Origin: a virus
Direction: 5' to 3' (one strand)
Virus record (IMG/VR): IMGVR_UViG_3300028800_000059
Coordinates: 113,319 to 177,318 of that record
DNA length: 64,000 nucleotides
In this document: piece after piece, positions 45,028 to 55,412 of the stretch
Numbering within the stretch: position 1 is the first letter of the stretch
Layout: the number at the start of each line of letters is the position of its first letter
Program-made: the position numbers and the translations under genes
Notes under the pieces: generated by a model
What the model was told of the DNA's origin: nothing
What the model saw: the letters and a program-made list of their open reading frames with translations, nothing else
Databases searched by the model: none

Positions 45028-46515
45028 TTAGACAACTGATAGTGTGATTGGAGAAAAATCATCCAGTAATTGATCATATGCAAAAATACCAGATTGATTG
45101 TGAACATGTCTTTGATATAATCGTAGGGTTCTAGCACCGGAAGCAATATTGCCAGCAAGAGATTGTTGTGTCCATGATCCTGATGTAGAATTAGCATCGG
45201 CGGCCCGAAGAAGACCTGTAGAAACATTTCCTAAATCACTTCCATTTTGATCCAGAAAATGAATAGTTACGGCTATTTGATCGACCGAGGAGCCAATTGG
45301 ATCGCCGGTTCCGACCTGCCAATAAGTAACATTGCATTTTGCGTGACCAGTATCTATGGCATTAAACCAATCAGGAGGTAATGTTATATCTTGATATGCC
45401 TCACTCAATCCTGTAAACAATTCTCCAATAAACGTCAATGCACCATTATGTGGTGTTGTTGGATGTCCAACAGGAAATACTATTGGCCCGCCGTGAACAT
45501 TAGGAATAGTTTGAACCCAATTATTAGCAATGCCGGCCGTTTGAAATCCTTGATCTGTGAATTCGGCACTAGGATTCAATATAGTCACATTTGTATTGCT
45601 AGAAGGAAGTGGTGGAAAGAATTGGGCTGGAGGCAATCCACTCCATCTAGGAGCTATTTGAGTATATATTTCATCCAATTCATTCTTAGTTAATGCCTGT
45701 CCAGACCATAAAATTATTCCAGCCAATCGTCCTCCCGTCACAAGGGATTCATTCTGGCCGCCCTGATTCATTATTTGTAGAGTATAAGCAGCATTTCCAG
45801 CGGACGGATTTGTCATGCTTGCATTGAATGTATTATTTCCTGTTGTATTGTCATAGCTACCATCAAGATAGAAAAATCCTGTATTGCTGGTTGAATCATA
45901 ACTTAGGCCTATTACATGCCAAGAATTAGTCGAAATGGTATTAGATGCTTGGACACTTAAAACGGTTGATCCTCCATTTGTAATAGTAATTTTTTGAGGA
46001 CTTGGAGGATTAGCATAAGGCAGTTCCCATTTGAATCCTGTGCCTAAAGAAGTAGGGGCATTGCCGCCGCAATTTCCTATAATAGAACCACCGCTTGAAC
46101 CAAAAACAGGGGAAGAAGGAAACCAGACCACGGCCAATAATGTAAATTTTGCATTGAGTTGATGAATATCCTGCAATTCGGCAGGAGCGGCCGCTGCCAA
46201 TTGAAATTGAGCCTGTCCCTGTCCACCACCGCCTCGCGTCAACCAAAACTCGTTTGATGTTACATGCCCTGCCGCCCCGGAAAAAGCAGGATCGCCAGGA
46301 TTTTCAACAGAAGAAGTTGATCCTAAGAAAAAATTTACATTAGAGCTAGAAACGTCTTTCCATAATTGTCCAGAACCGTTCCATGATGCAATATCTCCAG
46401 CATCTAATACAAACACTGTATTGGAATTTAAGTAGGCACGTTGAACGGCTTCGCTCAGTTTCGTGTTTTCAAATTTTGTTCCTTGGGAAAATCCAATACT
46501 CAAAAATGAAGGCAT
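45028..46515 (-). CDS. putative receptor-binding protein (LamG-like plus carbohydrate-binding-like domains)
   Basis: LDAGDIASWNGSGQLWKD; NSWHVIGLSYD…FYLDG; C-domain NPSAE…SWTQQSLAGNI.SGARTLRL…DD. Confidence 0.65.
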   Translation of the reverse strand: MPSFLSIGFSQGTKFENTKLSEAVQRAYLNSNTVFVLDAGDIASWNGSGQLWKDVSSSNVNFFLGSTSSVENPGDPAFSGAAGHVTSNEFWLTRGGGGQGQAQFQLAAAAPAELQDIHQLNAKFTLLAVVWFPSSPVFGSSGGSIIGNCGGNAPTSLGTGFKWELPYANPPSPQKITITNGGSTVLSVQASNTISTNSWHVIGLSYDSTSNTGFFYLDGSYDNTTGNNTFNASMTNPSAGNAAYTLQIMNQGGQNESLVTGGRLAGIILWSGQALTKNELDEIYTQIAPRWSGLPPAQFFPPLPSSNTNVTILNPSAEFTDQGFQTAGIANNWVQTIPNVHGGPIVFPVGHPTTPHNGALTFIGELFTGLSEAYQDITLPPDWFNAIDTGHAKCNVTYWQVGTGDPIGSSVDQIAVTIHFLDQNGSDLGNVSTGLLRAADANSTSGSWTQQSLAGNIASGARTLRLYQRHVHNQSGIFAYDQLLDDFSPITLSVV

Positions 46516-46518
46516 TGA

Positions 46519-47595
46519 TTATCTTGGATATCCTAGTGTTGCAACGCCATACATATACGTGCCATCAGAAAGGAAGGTCAAAATAGTTGAAGTATTGGCC
46601 GTCTGAGAAATTTGTGGCGCTACGTTTCCTGGCCATATATATTGGGTGCCGAATGTCAAAATTCGAGAACCAACAGAATCTTGTTTTACTCGTAATGAGT
46701 AGGTGGCTCCTGATTGTATACCAGTGGCATTTGATAGTTGACGATTGCCTGAAATTTTTACGTTTGCTGATGGTCCAGATGATACGTTCCAGGTTATTAG
46801 TGCCTGGTCCGTCAATCCATATTCAGCAATGATTTGTCCACCGGCATTGGCGGCGGTATAGGCAGCGTTAGCCTGATTGTATGCTTGAACAATAGTTTGA
46901 TTTACTGTGTTGACTGAATTTGGAGTTGCAGCATTAGAAATTGAAGTAGAAGAAATAGAATCTTGCAATAAGATAATACCTCTTGTAGATAAAGAAGCCA
47001 CATTAACATTTAATGTTACGCCAGCGCCCAATAGAATATTTACTGCACCACCAGTTAATGCAGAGTTTGCCGCAGTATTTACAGAAATAGAGTCGGCACT
47101 AAGGAATGCAATTGGAAGAGTGCCTGTTGCAATGGACGCGGCATTCAATCCTGTTAAATGTGATCCATCAGCATATAAGCTACCAGCCGTCAAATCAACA
47201 TTAGCACCAGAAGTAACAATTAAAGATACTACATTCAAAGTCAGGGTGTTGGCGATTAATGTAGGAACGTGTATATTACCGCTTACGGCAATTGTAGGAA
47301 CTGCAATGTTTCCACCAACGACCAATTGCGTACCAACATTTACAGCATTTTGAAAAGTGGCTAGCTGTCCATAAAGATTTAATGTCTCGCCGTTTGTTTT
47401 AAGAAGTCTGATGGTTCCTGTGAATTCAAAATCAGAAATAACATTCAATCCAACAACACCAGGATTGGTCAAGGTGATATTAGCTTGACTTAGTAGATTG
47501 CCTTCTGTCAATTCATTGCAGACGACAATAGTTTGGTTTGTTCGGGTTAACCAACTAAAAAATGTATCTAACAAGGAGACATTGGCAATAGCCAT
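46519..47595 (-). CDS. fibre/adaptor protein
   Basis: DTF..W..RTN N-terminus typical of T4-like fibres; GDGSHLTGLNA-type segment; C-terminal module shared with 16556..17041. Confidence 0.7.
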   Translation of the reverse strand: MAIANVSLLDTFFSWLTRTNQTIVVCNELTEGNLLSQANITLTNPGVVGLNVISDFEFTGTIRLLKTNGETLNLYGQLATFQNAVNVGTQLVVGGNIAVPTIAVSGNIHVPTLIANTLTLNVVSLIVTSGANVDLTAGSLYADGSHLTGLNAASIATGTLPIAFLSADSISVNTAANSALTGGAVNILLGAGVTLNVNVASLSTRGIILLQDSISSTSISNAATPNSVNTVNQTIVQAYNQANAAYTAANAGGQIIAEYGLTDQALITWNVSSGPSANVKISGNRQLSNATGIQSGATYSLRVKQDSVGSRILTFGTQYIWPGNVAPQISQTANTSTILTFLSDGTYMYGVATLGYPR

Positions 47596-47714
47596 TATTT
47601 AAATCCTTTTCTTTTTACCCAGGCTGCCTTTTTTCTTTTAGGCCAATGACTATCAAATCCAATATATCCTTTGGTAGGATTGGATTTAAGATATGCGTGA
47701 TATATGGTAAACAT
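47595..47714 (-). pseudogene. GIY-YIG endonuclease remnant, 39 aa
   Basis: MFTIYHAYLKSNPTKGYIGFDSHWPKRKKAAWVKRKGFK*: IY…YIG motif and Arg, then an immediate basic C-terminus; TAATG-coupled to the next gene. Confidence 0.65.
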
Positions 47715-47727
47715 GATGTATTATTTA

Positions 47728-47970
47728 TTACCCTACCAAAAGTTGATTTATATCAAAATGATGTTTGGCGTTTTTTAGACCATCAACAACCTCACGCAAT
47801 TCATTAAGTTCACGGCGAAGCGAAGTAATTTCTTCACTATCAGTTTTTAGTTTAGCAAATAGCTTTTGCCGTTGCATATAAGAATCTCTTTCTTTTGTAT
47901 CAGTAAGAACGATGCCTTTGGAATGCATGTCTCGTTGTAATGGTCTGTCTTTGATTTGAACTCGCCGCAT
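47728..47970 (-). CDS. conserved small protein downstream of the large virion protein
   Basis: RDMHSKGIVLTD…Y…; coiled-coil C-terminus. Confidence 0.7.
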   Translation of the reverse strand: MRRVQIKDRPLQRDMHSKGIVLTDTKERDSYMQRQKLFAKLKTDSEEITSLRRELNELREVVDGLKNAKHHFDINQLLVG

Positions 47971-47982
47971 TTTTTTCCCTTT

Positions 47983-50900
47983 TTAACTTGATGCTGGTAA
48001 CGCAATTGCTCGCATATCCATAACCAACGGAATTAATGTAGTAGAAGCTGCATTCATTACAATTTTTATTTGATATGTATTGAATGAAGTAAAGATGGCC
48101 CCGCCGTATTGATAAGAAATTGAATTTCCATTATTAGAGGCATTATATTGATATTCAATGAAATCGTTTGGTGCCGAAGAAAATGAGGTTGCCAAAGTAG
48201 ATTGGGTCATTCGTGTCCATGGCTTGTTATCAAGCGTGTCTGGATCATCCTTGGATAGAATTTTATAGTAGACTTCAATATCCGTGCCTACTGGTTTGTA
48301 AGCATCCAAATATACACGAATATCACCAGCATTAAATCCTGATGCCAATGTAACAGCGCGAGTAATATATCGAGCCTTGGAGTTTCCTCCTCGTTGCGCG
48401 GCTTCGCTTGCCAATACGAATGTTGCGTTGGATGTTGCACCACCGCCCGTTACTGTACCATTTGCCTGTCCCACATAACTATCGCCGGCCACATTGATAG
48501 CAATCGTGACTACGTTACTGTTGGCAATGGCTGCTACATAGGCATTGGCACCTGAGCCGTTACCGCCTGTGATTGCAACCGATAGATTAGAAATGTTGGT
48601 GACGTTTAGACCTGGGAATGTAATTGTTATATCACTATTAGAAAATCCACCATTGTTGATTATGTTTTCAATAGCCAGTAGATTTGTTCTGGTCGTGTCG
48701 ATGACAGGAGAAACAAATGATGACACAGATGACATGCTTGCCTGTAGACGATACGATCCATCAACACTGCCTAGAATAGTTCGTCGGCCAGATGCATCCG
48801 AGAATGGATAGTTCTGATTAATGTTGAATGAGGTCCATGAACCTTCCAATGTCGAACCTACGGTTGATTTAAATGCCCAGTCAATTTCTGTTGAATTGAA
48901 ATTTAGAACCTGTGCCGAAGCAAAGGCTAAATCCATTGGAACATTGGCAGCAGGAGCAGCATTTAGGAATGTTGGTATTCCTACTACGCCAGTATTGAAA
49001 TCGCAACGATTAAGAACAAACATTAAATCTTCAAGCTGGAATGGTGTCCACGTAGAAGAATTTTGACTCTTGAATAGAGAACCAATATATGGCTGTGAAC
49101 TAATTTCACGATCCGTGCCAATAATGTTTTCTCCCAATTCACCAACCCAACAATTATAATCAGCCGAGTTTGTGCCACAAACGATTGCATATTGTCCAGG
49201 CTGTAGATAAACAGGAGATTCAAAGGTGAACCGTGTGGCAGTTGCTGAATTCAAAGTATTAGGTAGAACAGTTTTCCCATCTGCCACCTTGACGCTTGCA
49301 GGATACAAAGTGACCATTGAGAATGGAAGAATTGTGTCGGTATCAGGATATCCATTTAATGTTGGACAAATATAGACATAAACAGGTAAGGACGAATCTT
49401 TAGTTGCAAAGAATAGATCAATCGAGGAAAGGAATACGCCTTCTGGATAGATTGTAGAATCAACAAAGAAAGTTTCTGCCAATGGATCATTTCGTCCACC
49501 ACTACCACCATTGCCGCCTGCACCGCCGCTGTTTCCTCCGCCGTGACCTGGTCCGTTTGGTGAAGCTGACCCATTTGTACGTGGAATAATAGTGTTAGCT
49601 TGAGGTGTTGGATTATTCACAACTGGTGGTTGTGTTGAAACTTTTTGTGGTTCTTCGGTGTCTAATAGGCCTTCGGCATAATATGTTGCCGAGGCTACGC
49701 AAGATGCGGTCGATGGATCATCCGTAGAATTATCAATCACAGTAAATATTCTTGATCCTGTATGGAATCGAGCGGCAGTAGTTGAAGGAATAACGAAGGT
49801 TCCGCTTACTGCTCCACTATCTCCACTCTTGGCCTGACCAATAGAATAACGAGTTGTTGAATTTGGTGTTGTGGTCCAGCTACCAGATATTGTAGCGACT
49901 TTTGTTACAGAGTTATAGGCAGTGATCGATGCTTGTGTACCAATACCAGCGCCAGCGACAACATATATTGTATTCCCAACATAATCTAAATTGCTTGTAT
50001 TTGCATTAGCCCATGTTGCCAATGAGATAGTATTAGAAGTTCCAGATTGTGCCGTACCGCTCCAATGAGAAATTGATGCAACAACGCCTGATATAGAACC
50101 ATCGGTCCATGTTTGACCTACAACTATGTTTCCCTTGACATTAGCAACATAAGAAGCGTTATCTTGAACAACAAGGACGGTTGCTGAATTTGATCCAGAA
50201 CTAATTTTTTCTTCATGCGCATCATCAAATAATGCGGTGGCAGCGAAAGTAATTTTGTTAGTTCGCTGACAATAATTCTGTACGGCCACTCCATCGAAGA
50301 AGAAATATACAGGAATTGTTGGTCTTAGGTGTCTTGCAACAAAGAATACATCGCGAGAGCGAATATATGGAATTACAGATACATCAACAGTCAGATTACC
50401 GACTGTCTGTGTAATAGTTTGTGGAGCCTGTGTGGCTGTAATGGCCGAACCTGATGATGGCTTATCTGTAACAGATGGTGTTGTGCGATTAATAGAATTG
50501 TTATTGAATCCAGTCGATCCAGAGGAGGCCTGTTGTTGTGCAAGTTTCTGTTGATTCTTATCGATACCATTCCAACCAGCCTGCCAATAGTTCCAACGAG
50601 TACCAAAAGGATTACGTGAGTCGTTATTGCTTGTTCCGCCTGATTGTCCTACTGCAACCCAGGCATCATTCTGGCCCGTAGTATTTGTGACGACAGTTGG
50701 CGCGACGTTAGTTTCGACCCAAACATCAGTGGTTGGATTCAAATTCAATACAGCAACGAAATTTGCGAAAGTGTATGGATTTGCATTTTCAATATGACTT
50801 GCCAAATTCTGTGAGATAAATGGCACTTGATTATAAGGCAGAGTTAATAGGTCACCTGTTTGAGTAACGGATGCTGAATTGGCCGTATCATAATACATTA

Positions 50901-53900
50901 AATCTGAAACAGTATTAAATGAACACTGGAGAGTTGTAGCTTCAAAATCAATAGCACATTTATAGTCTAGATTTTGTACGTCACCAATAGAATGCCCATT
51001 GAAATCATCAACAATGAAACCATACTTAGTTCTTTCAAGTCCATTTGAATCAGTAATTGATTGATTATATGTGGCTGCCTCTAAGAGACTCAATGCTGTA
51101 TAATATTCAAGATTTGAAATTCTCTGTTCAAGAGTTCCAATATCTCTCATGGTGTATCGTTTGTTTTCGATGAAGGTGACGGCAACGTTTGCAGGACTAA
51201 ATGTATAGGCAGGTAGATTTAATTGATACAGAGTCATTGCACCCTTTAGATCATTGGGCGGCAATGGAGCCTGTCCAGAAATTCCTTCTAATACAAGGAA
51301 ATTCAAATCTTTTGTCAATACTAATTTATCGACACGAGCCAAATAATAAGAATAATTCAATCCAAAATTAGTATCTGGAATTGGAAAGCGAACCCCTTGC
51401 AATGTAAAACTTGGGGATGTATTCACGGCATCCTGCCGGCGTGGTCTAAAATCAATACAATCACGCAACTGATATACATCTCCTGATGTTGGAGAAGTGT
51501 AGGCAGGAATTGCAGCATATCCATTTGATGTGGATGCATTTGGATATGAATCGACAGAGAAATATCCTAGACCATCCGAGGTTCCAGACCCATGTGAATA
51601 GTAATTGAATACAACAACGATTGGACCCTGTGGAGCCGCCACACCAGATTTTAATGTGAGGTGACCGTGATCATAATAACCATCGCGTTGACCTGTATCC
51701 AAAATATAATTATTAGTGATTTCTGTTGCAGACCCAGGCAATGACGCGCCAGACCCAATCGAATTAGTACCAAAATCGAATACATTCAATAGTGCCGTAA
51801 CGTCTGAAATATAGAGCCAATCATTTCCACCTGGGATTTTATTTGGATTGGTGAAATGAACCTGTCCATAATTCAAATGGACGTTTGCAAATCCTGTAGA
51901 AACGTTTCCAAATGTAGCATTTGGTGAGGTGCTTGGTGTGGCCGTGGTCAATCCTGCAACCAATGTTTTAAGTTTTGGATTTTCTTCCTGGCCTGTATTA
52001 ATATTGACTGTTGCTAGAATATCGGCTGTATAAGTATCACCGGGTAGATTTGTTGTGAATGTTACTGTGTTGCCTGATGATACGTTGACAGAACGACCCA
52101 ATGCCGAAACATATGACAATACTTGACCATTTGAAATATTGGCTGAACCTGAGTTATTCTTGACAACGACGATATAATCAGTTAATACTTGTGTATCAGG
52201 AAGAATTCCATTTCCATTAAATGCTTCACCGGTAGCTGCTGTAATAGTTCCAACGCCAGCATTAAATGTTCGTGCGCCAAATAATTTACGATATGAATAT
52301 TGTTGTGAAGAAATCGAAGCTGCAACAATAGGACTCTGTGGGAATGTGAATAATAGAGTATCAAAGGCAGTTTCAAATATTTGTGTGTTACCGGCTGCTG
52401 TTAATGTATCTTTGGCTTCTGTTGCAATATTAGCACGTTGACTTAAAGTTGTTGGAGTGCCGACTACAGCAATAACCATTGACTCAGTTTGTTTAAAGTT
52501 AAACTGTAGTTGATATGCCGAAGTGGCGTCAGGAGTTGTGCTCCAATTATTTGCAAGATTAGCGACCGCAGTTCCTCCATTATATCCCACAATATATTTC
52601 GATTGTCCAGCACCAGTACCTGATGCGATTGTGACTGTGGCACCAAAATAAGCATTAACCTGATTTGAAACTAGGTTAGCTTGAAGTGTGATAGTATTAA
52701 CTGTGGCGGATTGTGTGTTGCCATTAATTGAAATGAAACGTGTATCATCAATATAGGCACGATAATTATAGGTGTTGCCCTGTTGTGTATTGGATGAATC
52801 AGAATAGACCAAAGAACGTATTCTAGCCGTACCAATTTTCGTTGTATTATATGTACCAGAATTTGTCAGGTTGATTTGTGCATCAGGAACACAATGAAGA
52901 TCAATAAAGGAAGTATTAGTGATATCAAAAAGGCCCGATAGAGGACCGATGATCGTATAATTTCCATAGTCCATAGCCAAATCAAAATTATTGACAGTGG
53001 TTGTATCCTGGGCACGTCGCACTGGTACATTTGTTGGTGCTATCGTTTGAAATTCATATCCTAATACATAAGCCTTGCCTGGATCGAGTGTGGCAGAAAT
53101 TTGTGCTGTATTTCCACCTACATCATCTTGAACGCGCAATTTGAACGGACGAACTGTCCATGATCCAGATTGATCAAAGGTTCGCCGCGCCATTGTATCG
53201 CCTAATTCAGAATAAGTAGGATACAATACTTCCTGAGTGATTACGCCATTGGCTACACGCAACAATTCAATGAAGGAAGAATCATCAGTTGAATCTAATG
53301 TACGAGTTGCCAACACAAGATCAATTTTGTATCGGGCAGCACCAGGCGCCTGGGCATTTGAGGTCTGCAATGCAGGGTCAAGCAAGGATGTATCTTGTGC
53401 TTCGGTAATGATAGTTTCTTCGAATTGTAGACCAATACGCAATGAAGGCGTTGTGCTAAAAGGATCAAGAATTACAGTCTGGGTTGGTGTTTTAACAAAG
53501 AAGCCGTTAATGTAAAACACGCCGGCTTGAATAGATGCAAGAGTACCAGCATTATTTGAATTTGAAGATGCTAAATTAGCATATACGTTTTGTCCTGGTA
53601 TTTGAATAGTATCATTAGAGCCGAATTCATTACCAGTCAAGTATTTAATAGCCAATACAGGAGTGGCGCCATTGGCTGCCGTTGTAGTAGATAGAACCAC
53701 GGCCCGAACAGTATTAGCTCCAAAGATATCCGTGATTTGAGAACCATTGAATGCTGAGGCAGATACATCCGTATTGGCATATTGTGTAGCCAAATTAATG
53801 AATGTGGCTCCATAATAAGAAATCTGCCCGCCTGTTACAAGCGATCCGTTTTTATAAACAGAATCACCAAAACGCTGAATTTGCTTTTGCCCTATTGTTT

Positions 53901-54039
53901 GATCTTGTGTTAATTCACGGCCTTGGACGGCATGACCAGGACGATACAGAATTCTATAGAATCCTTTATCTTCGCTATAGTCATCATAGAAAGGGGAAAC
54001 AGTTGTTGCAATAGGAACTATTGTATCGTTTGCGGCCAT
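47983..54039 (-). CDS. very large virion/baseplate structural protein (DUF4815/VrlC-like)
   Basis: SPFYDDY.EDKGFYRILYRPGHAVQGRELTQ, APGAARYKI, RYTMRDIG.LE.RI.NLEYYT.LSLLE, DPLAETF, GSLFKSQNSSTWTP.Q.EDL.F. Confidence 0.88.
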   Translation of the reverse strand: MAANDTIVPIATTVSPFYDDYSEDKGFYRILYRPGHAVQGRELTQDQTIGQKQIQRFGDSVYKNGSLVTGGQISYYGATFINLATQYANTDVSASAFNGSQITDIFGANTVRAVVLSTTTAANGATPVLAIKYLTGNEFGSNDTIQIPGQNVYANLASSNSNNAGTLASIQAGVFYINGFFVKTPTQTVILDPFSTTPSLRIGLQFEETIITEAQDTSLLDPALQTSNAQAPGAARYKIDLVLATRTLDSTDDSSFIELLRVANGVITQEVLYPTYSELGDTMARRTFDQSGSWTVRPFKLRVQDDVGGNTAQISATLDPGKAYVLGYEFQTIAPTNVPVRRAQDTTTVNNFDLAMDYGNYTIIGPLSGLFDITNTSFIDLHCVPDAQINLTNSGTYNTTKIGTARIRSLVYSDSSNTQQGNTYNYRAYIDDTRFISINGNTQSATVNTITLQANLVSNQVNAYFGATVTIASGTGAGQSKYIVGYNGGTAVANLANNWSTTPDATSAYQLQFNFKQTESMVIAVVGTPTTLSQRANIATEAKDTLTAAGNTQIFETAFDTLLFTFPQSPIVAASISSQQYSYRKLFGARTFNAGVGTITAATGEAFNGNGILPDTQVLTDYIVVVKNNSGSANISNGQVLSYVSALGRSVNVSSGNTVTFTTNLPGDTYTADILATVNINTGQEENPKLKTLVAGLTTATPSTSPNATFGNVSTGFANVHLNYGQVHFTNPNKIPGGNDWLYISDVTALLNVFDFGTNSIGSGASLPGSATEITNNYILDTGQRDGYYDHGHLTLKSGVAAPQGPIVVVFNYYSHGSGTSDGLGYFSVDSYPNASTSNGYAAIPAYTSPTSGDVYQLRDCIDFRPRRQDAVNTSPSFTLQGVRFPIPDTNFGLNYSYYLARVDKLVLTKDLNFLVLEGISGQAPLPPNDLKGAMTLYQLNLPAYTFSPANVAVTFIENKRYTMRDIGTLEQRISNLEYYTALSLLEAATYNQSITDSNGLERTKYGFIVDDFNGHSIGDVQNLDYKCAIDFEATTLQCSFNTVSDLMYYDTANSASVTQTGDLLTLPYNQVPFISQNLASHIENANPYTFANFVAVLNLNPTTDVWVETNVAPTVVTNTTGQNDAWVAVGQSGGTSNNDSRNPFGTRWNYWQAGWNGIDKNQQKLAQQQASSGSTGFNNNSINRTTPSVTDKPSSGSAITATQAPQTITQTVGNLTVDVSVIPYIRSRDVFFVARHLRPTIPVYFFFDGVAVQNYCQRTNKITFAATALFDDAHEEKISSGSNSATVLVVQDNASYVANVKGNIVVGQTWTDGSISGVVASISHWSGTAQSGTSNTISLATWANANTSNLDYVGNTIYVVAGAGIGTQASITAYNSVTKVATISGSWTTTPNSTTRYSIGQAKSGDSGAVSGTFVIPSTTAARFHTGSRIFTVIDNSTDDPSTASCVASATYYAEGLLDTEEPQKVSTQPPVVNNPTPQANTIIPRTNGSASPNGPGHGGGNSGGAGGNGGSGGRNDPLAETFFVDSTIYPEGVFLSSIDLFFATKDSSLPVYVYICPTLNGYPDTDTILPFSMVTLYPASVKVADGKTVLPNTLNSATATRFTFESPVYLQPGQYAIVCGTNSADYNCWVGELGENIIGTDREISSQPYIGSLFKSQNSSTWTPFQLEDLMFVLNRCDFNTGVVGIPTFLNAAPAANVPMDLAFASAQVLNFNSTEIDWAFKSTVGSTLEGSWTSFNINQNYPFSDASGRRTILGSVDGSYRLQASMSSVSSFVSPVIDTTRTNLLAIENIINNGGFSNSDITITFPGLNVTNISNLSVAITGGNGSGANAYVAAIANSNVVTIAINVAGDSYVGQANGTVTGGGATSNATFVLASEAAQRGGNSKARYITRAVTLASGFNAGDIRVYLDAYKPVGTDIEVYYKILSKDDPDTLDNKPWTRMTQSTLATSFSSAPNDFIEYQYNASNNGNSISYQYGGAIFTSFNTYQIKIVMNAASTTLIPLVMDMRAIALPASS

Positions 54040-54043
54040 GTTT

Positions 54044-54051
54044 TATTTATA
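54044..54051 (-). promoter_or_regulatory. late promoter
   Basis: TATAAATA 4 nt before the ATG at 54039. Confidence 0.75.
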
Positions 54052-54061
54052 CCTGATAATA

Positions 54062-55396
54062 TTAGAAATTAACAACTATTTGAAAGGCATCAGTTTGATT
54101 TTCGTTTCGTTGAACCGCCACAATGTTTGCCAAATACAATAAATCTCCTGTATATGGCTCTAAATCAGGTTGTTTTACATTCGTCACGAAATATGCTGCA
54201 CCAGAATTGATGCCTAACAACAAGGATGAATCAGGAACACCAGAAATGTTTGTTACACGTAGGATATTATCGGCAGGCTTCCATTCTAATACGTCAGCCG
54301 AGAATGTTGCGCCTGCAAGACTTGATCCTTGAAATACTACTTCATCCAAGGAATAGTTCACTCCTGATCCAGCAAGTGTCAAATCCATAGTCTGTGAAAA
54401 CACAAGATTGGCTGATACTGTATTTGTAGATGAAATAAATGGATCACGAATTATAGCGATTTGTCTATATTCATTAGCCACAGAAATAACATTGGCTTCT
54501 GACCCATCAATCAACATATCAATCATTACCGCCGCAGCGCCTAATTCTTTAGAAGGGTTTGCACCATGTCCTCCCTTTGGTGGCACTACTACTTCAAATG
54601 ATGCTCCGCTGCCTGGAACTCCTGATCTATCCGTCAACGAAACATTGGCTCTGGTATATAATGCACCAGGTGTTGATATTGTAGAATTGGCGATGCTATT
54701 TGATGTATTTACTTGAACCAAGATAGTTGCTCCAGCACCATCGCCTGTAATGATGGCCGAAATGTTGGCCACATTCGTAAAGCCTGTTCCTCCATTTAAT
54801 ACCTTAATGACGTTAAGTCCGCCATCAATTGCATTTTGTTGGACGTTCCATTGTAATGATCCATCATCCAATCCCAAGGTTCGCACTGGTATCCAATTGT
54901 TTGTTAAAAATCTTTGTTGATCGTTTGATGATAGCTGATACATGAATTTCCACATGTATCCATCAGTAGTGATTTGCACATTATTGTTGGAAGTAGAATT
55001 AGGCATTACAGTCGAATTGGCACTGCCATTATTGAAAAGACATTTGTATACATTAAAATCTGTAGTCAATACATAGAATTTTGTATTGGCAGTATCATAT
55101 AGATTATTGGCGGCTTGATCATATGGTGTGTATACTGTATTGGCAGTCCAATCTATTCGTGGAATGACAAGACTCATGTCCGATAATACGACCTGTTTAC
55201 CACCATACATATTGTTCCACACATCAAATTCTTGATTTACTGTTGTTTGTGGAACATCAGGGGAGTTTTCATTGCTCCATGGTTCTTCGCGTCCTAATGT
55301 CACATAAAAAATAGTATTGGCGTCAGCCAACGCTACTGATTTCATGAACAGTTGGGCGTTATTAAGTGAAAGAGCCTGTGTATGAATTGATCCCAT
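54062..55396 (-). CDS. gp8: baseplate wedge protein
   Basis: PRIDWT.NTVY..YD…FYV…FNVYKCLFN…DGYMWKFMY…PKGGHG.N…ELG…GDLLY..N…R…Q. Confidence 0.9.
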   Translation of the reverse strand: MGSIHTQALSLNNAQLFMKSVALADANTIFYVTLGREEPWSNENSPDVPQTTVNQEFDVWNNMYGGKQVVLSDMSLVIPRIDWTANTVYTPYDQAANNLYDTANTKFYVLTTDFNVYKCLFNNGSANSTVMPNSTSNNNVQITTDGYMWKFMYQLSSNDQQRFLTNNWIPVRTLGLDDGSLQWNVQQNAIDGGLNVIKVLNGGTGFTNVANISAIITGDGAGATILVQVNTSNSIANSTISTPGALYTRANVSLTDRSGVPGSGASFEVVVPPKGGHGANPSKELGAAAVMIDMLIDGSEANVISVANEYRQIAIIRDPFISSTNTVSANLVFSQTMDLTLAGSGVNYSLDEVVFQGSSLAGATFSADVLEWKPADNILRVTNISGVPDSSLLLGINSGAAYFVTNVKQPDLEPYTGDLLYLANIVAVQRNENQTDAFQIVVNF

Positions 55397-55412
55397 TGTA
55401 ATTTCCTTTTAT

